Part shown: in pieces, positions 61,572-64,000 of the stretch
Position numbering within the stretch: position 1 is the first letter of the stretch
How the letters are laid out: each line of letters starts with the position of its first letter
DNA from: Selaginella moellendorffii
Lineage: Eukaryota; Plantae; Lycopodiophyta
Direction: 5' to 3'
Assembly: GCF_000143415.4 (NCBI RefSeq)
Contig: NW_003314297.1
Span: 1,217,430-1,281,429 of the forward strand
Length of the DNA: 64,000 bases
Position numbers and translations under genes: made by a program
The notes under the pieces: model-generated
Told to the model about the DNA's origin: nothing
What the model saw: only the letters and a program-made list of their open reading frames with translations
Database searches by the model: none

Positions 61572-62968
61572 TCATTCATTCTTGTATGGTCGCTTCCTCT
61601 TGCTGAAGATTCTCCACTGCCGGCGATAAGTCTCGAAGCTCTCTGGAGAATCCGTGAAAACTCCATCCACTTCCAGCGTGTTTACAAACATGTCATACTC
61701 GCGATAAGGATCTTGGTGGTAATCAAACGGGAGGAGGAGGTTGCGCTCGTGATTAAACGTCCAGGGATGAACTTCGAGGCCTCTAGCGTGAGCTTTGTCA
61801 ACCAGGTCGGTCATTGGTAAGAGTTTATTGTTGGAGTCCACGGGGGCGATAGCTTCTTTAGCTGGTCCGATTCCAACAACGATCTTACTAATGTAATCCA
61901 GGTAGTCATCGGAGATTATCTCTTCATACGTCTGGAAAAATGTAGAAATTGTAAGTTTTACGGCAGTAGAAATGTAAGTTTAAAAAAAAACACTTACCTG
62001 TTTAGTATCGGAGGTGATTGAATCTGGAGCGATCAATAAGATTTTCGGGGAGCTTGTTTTGTTGTGAAGATATATCAGAGAGCTCGGATCAAAAGATTGG
62101 ATAAATACTGGCTTGTCAAGCCACTCCTTTGTGAGATACTTTGCATTGTAGTCATATTTTTTCAAGATGTTAAGAAAAACATCCTCAAATTTTCTTCCCT
62201 CGGACCATTTAACCTGGAAGAAAATAAAATAATAAATAGAAAACCTTTAATCAAGAGAGGACTTACGTGGTGATTGATAAACGTTGGGCTTTTAATTTCC
62301 ACGTAGATTCCAACCCTCTCCGACTTCGGTGAAGCCAAGGCAATAGCTATGAATTCCTCGAAAGTTGGTATTTGAAGTTTACCTGGAGCAGCATTTCATG
62401 CGATCAACAAATCTTATACTTTGCAAACTTTGCAAACTACCATTGTAAGATTGGTCGCGATTAGGATATCGTTGGATCAAGCGCAGCGACTTTAATTCCT
62501 CCAGAGTGAAGTCCACTACACAAAAACACATCGATCACACAAGTTTGTAGAGATTACACACTCACCTGCGAAGTATCCAGTGACATTAACACCATCAACG
62601 ACATACGTTTGCTTTCGACTCGCAAACTCGGGGTGATCATGCACGTCGGTAACGCTGTCCAAAATCAAGTCATGGAAGCAAATCAGCTTGCCATCCTTAG
62701 TTGCTGTTATATCAGCCTCAATAAAATCGGCCCCCTCTTCAATGGCACGCTAAATCAAACACCAACTTAGAACAATCAAAGCTGCAAAAGAGTAGAACAC
62801 AATTACCTTGTATGCAAGCACGGATTCTTCCGGAAACTCCCCGCTAGAACCTCGGTGAGCGATGTTATATGGTTCATTCGTTTGAAAAGGGAATTGAAAA
62901 ACACGGCAATCAGAACCCGCGAGTAGTAGTAACAGCAATAGAGAAACGTAAAACATCGTAGAACCCAT
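61572..62968 (-). CDS. Glycerophosphodiester phosphodiesterase (GDPD5/6-like, signal peptide)
   Basis: IAHRGSSGEFPEES, GADFIEAD, YVEIK, FIQSF, VHPWTF, VDGVFTD. Confidence 0.92.
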
Positions 62969-63104
62969 GACGCTCTAGAATCGTTCTCTAAGGTTTTGGC
63001 CTCTTATAAAATCCCAGTCTCCAAATTCGGTTTGCCCTAATATGGGCACTCTGTTTTTAGGGTTGACAAGATGTTTAGGGCTAGGCAAGGGCAAAGGTGT
63101 CGGT

Positions 63105-63151
63105 GACACGTAGAGCAAACGCGTGCATACGCGGCGAGCATTACACGTGGC
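63105..63151. promoter_or_regulatory. ABRE plus CE3-like module in the GDPD/GRAM intergenic region
   Basis: gacacgta, acgcgtg (63119-63125) and ACACGTGGC (63143-63151). Confidence 0.55.
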
Positions 63152-63259
63152 TTTCGCTCTTTATTACAATATAGTTTTGCCCTTGGCATTGCGATTGATC
63201 GATTTCATTTGAAGTGGTGCTTTTTAGGCGAGAACAAACGCGAGAGGAAGAGAGAAGCT

Positions 63260-64000
63260 ATGGCGACTCAGCAGCAGCAACAGCAACCTCCCAGCTACGA
63301 TCAAGCTCAATCGCGCGGCGGCAGCGATCCGTATGTGTCGTATCCACAGGTCTATCCCGGCGGTGGCGAGAAAGCGAAGCAATCCACGCAGTGGGAGGAG
63401 GCGCCGGTGATGGGCACTCCAGCGAACCCTAGCGCTCATCCGGGTAATCAGCAAGCAGCCATGTCCCAGCGCCCCGAATTGAAGGAAGGGAAGGGATTTG
63501 ACGAGCCCGGAGTGGCGGGAAGCTATGTCTCGCCACAGGTCGGCGGAGGAGGAGGAGATCCCAATAGAGCCGGTGGCGGTGCTGGAAGTCCCTACGTCCA
63601 GACAGCATCCATCCCATCCACTCCAGGAAAGAGTAAGCGATCTCTCATAGTTTGATCTCTTCCTTTTTTGTTGGATCGATCGAGCCTTGTGATCGCAGGT
63701 CCCATGGAGTCTATCCTCGAGATCTTGAACAAATGGGGAAAGAAGGCCGAGGGCATGGCCGAGAACGTATGGAATCACTGTAAGTTCTTCCACAAGAGTC
63801 TAAAGTTCACAGTGATGTCTCTAGTGGATTTTCCTTCTAGTGGATCTTCCATGAACTTCATAGCTTACTTGCCAGTGAAGAAGCTCACAATTTTTAATCT
63901 TTTGCAACAGTGAAGGCCGGTCCTTCAATGACGGATACCGCGTGGGGGAAGCTCAGCCATGGCACCAAGGTCTTCACGGAAGGGGGATACGAGAACGTCT
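63260..64000 (+). CDS. GRAM-domain GEM-like protein (3' end runs off the window)
   Basis: PYV motifs, NKWGKKAEGMAENVWNH, KAGPSMTDTAWGKLSHGTKVFTEGGYE. Confidence 0.9.

Overview
Eukaryotic land-plant genomic DNA. The very short GT-AG introns (about 50-70 bp), tight gene packing and gene content suggest a lycophyte such as Selaginella; this is inference, not database-checked. Positions ~0.9-23.7 kb are a retroelement nest. It contains a four-level nested insertion series: an old LARD-type LTR, a small TRIM inside it, a young 9.55-kb non-autonomous LTR element inside the TRIM, and a solo LTR of the same family inside that. Each level has a visible target-site duplication. The LTRs of the non-autonomous family carry a hypervariable, CpG-rich 6/12/36-bp higher-order tandem array. 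They also share a promoter-region motif with a neighbouring decayed chromodomain Ty3/gypsy element. That chromovirus is bracketed by inverted rather than direct LTR/3'-UTR copies and hosts a 5S-rRNA-bearing Cassandra TRIM with identical LTRs. A second Cassandra lies at 47.9-48.5 kb in an AT-rich field of decayed TEs. The rest is gene-dense: cis-prenyltransferase, metallophosphoesterase, DUF620, RRM protein, MRH1/MDIS-like LRR-RLK, two TIC32-like SDRs, O-fucosyltransferase, thylakoid APX, two orphan ORFs, ASCC2-like CUE protein, PLR-like reductase, FKBP18, UBP14, a mitochondrial carrier, GDPD and a GRAM protein. The many long overlapping ORFs at 3.5-12.4 kb are artefacts of stop-free hexamer repeats. 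All alignments and counts were made by eye.
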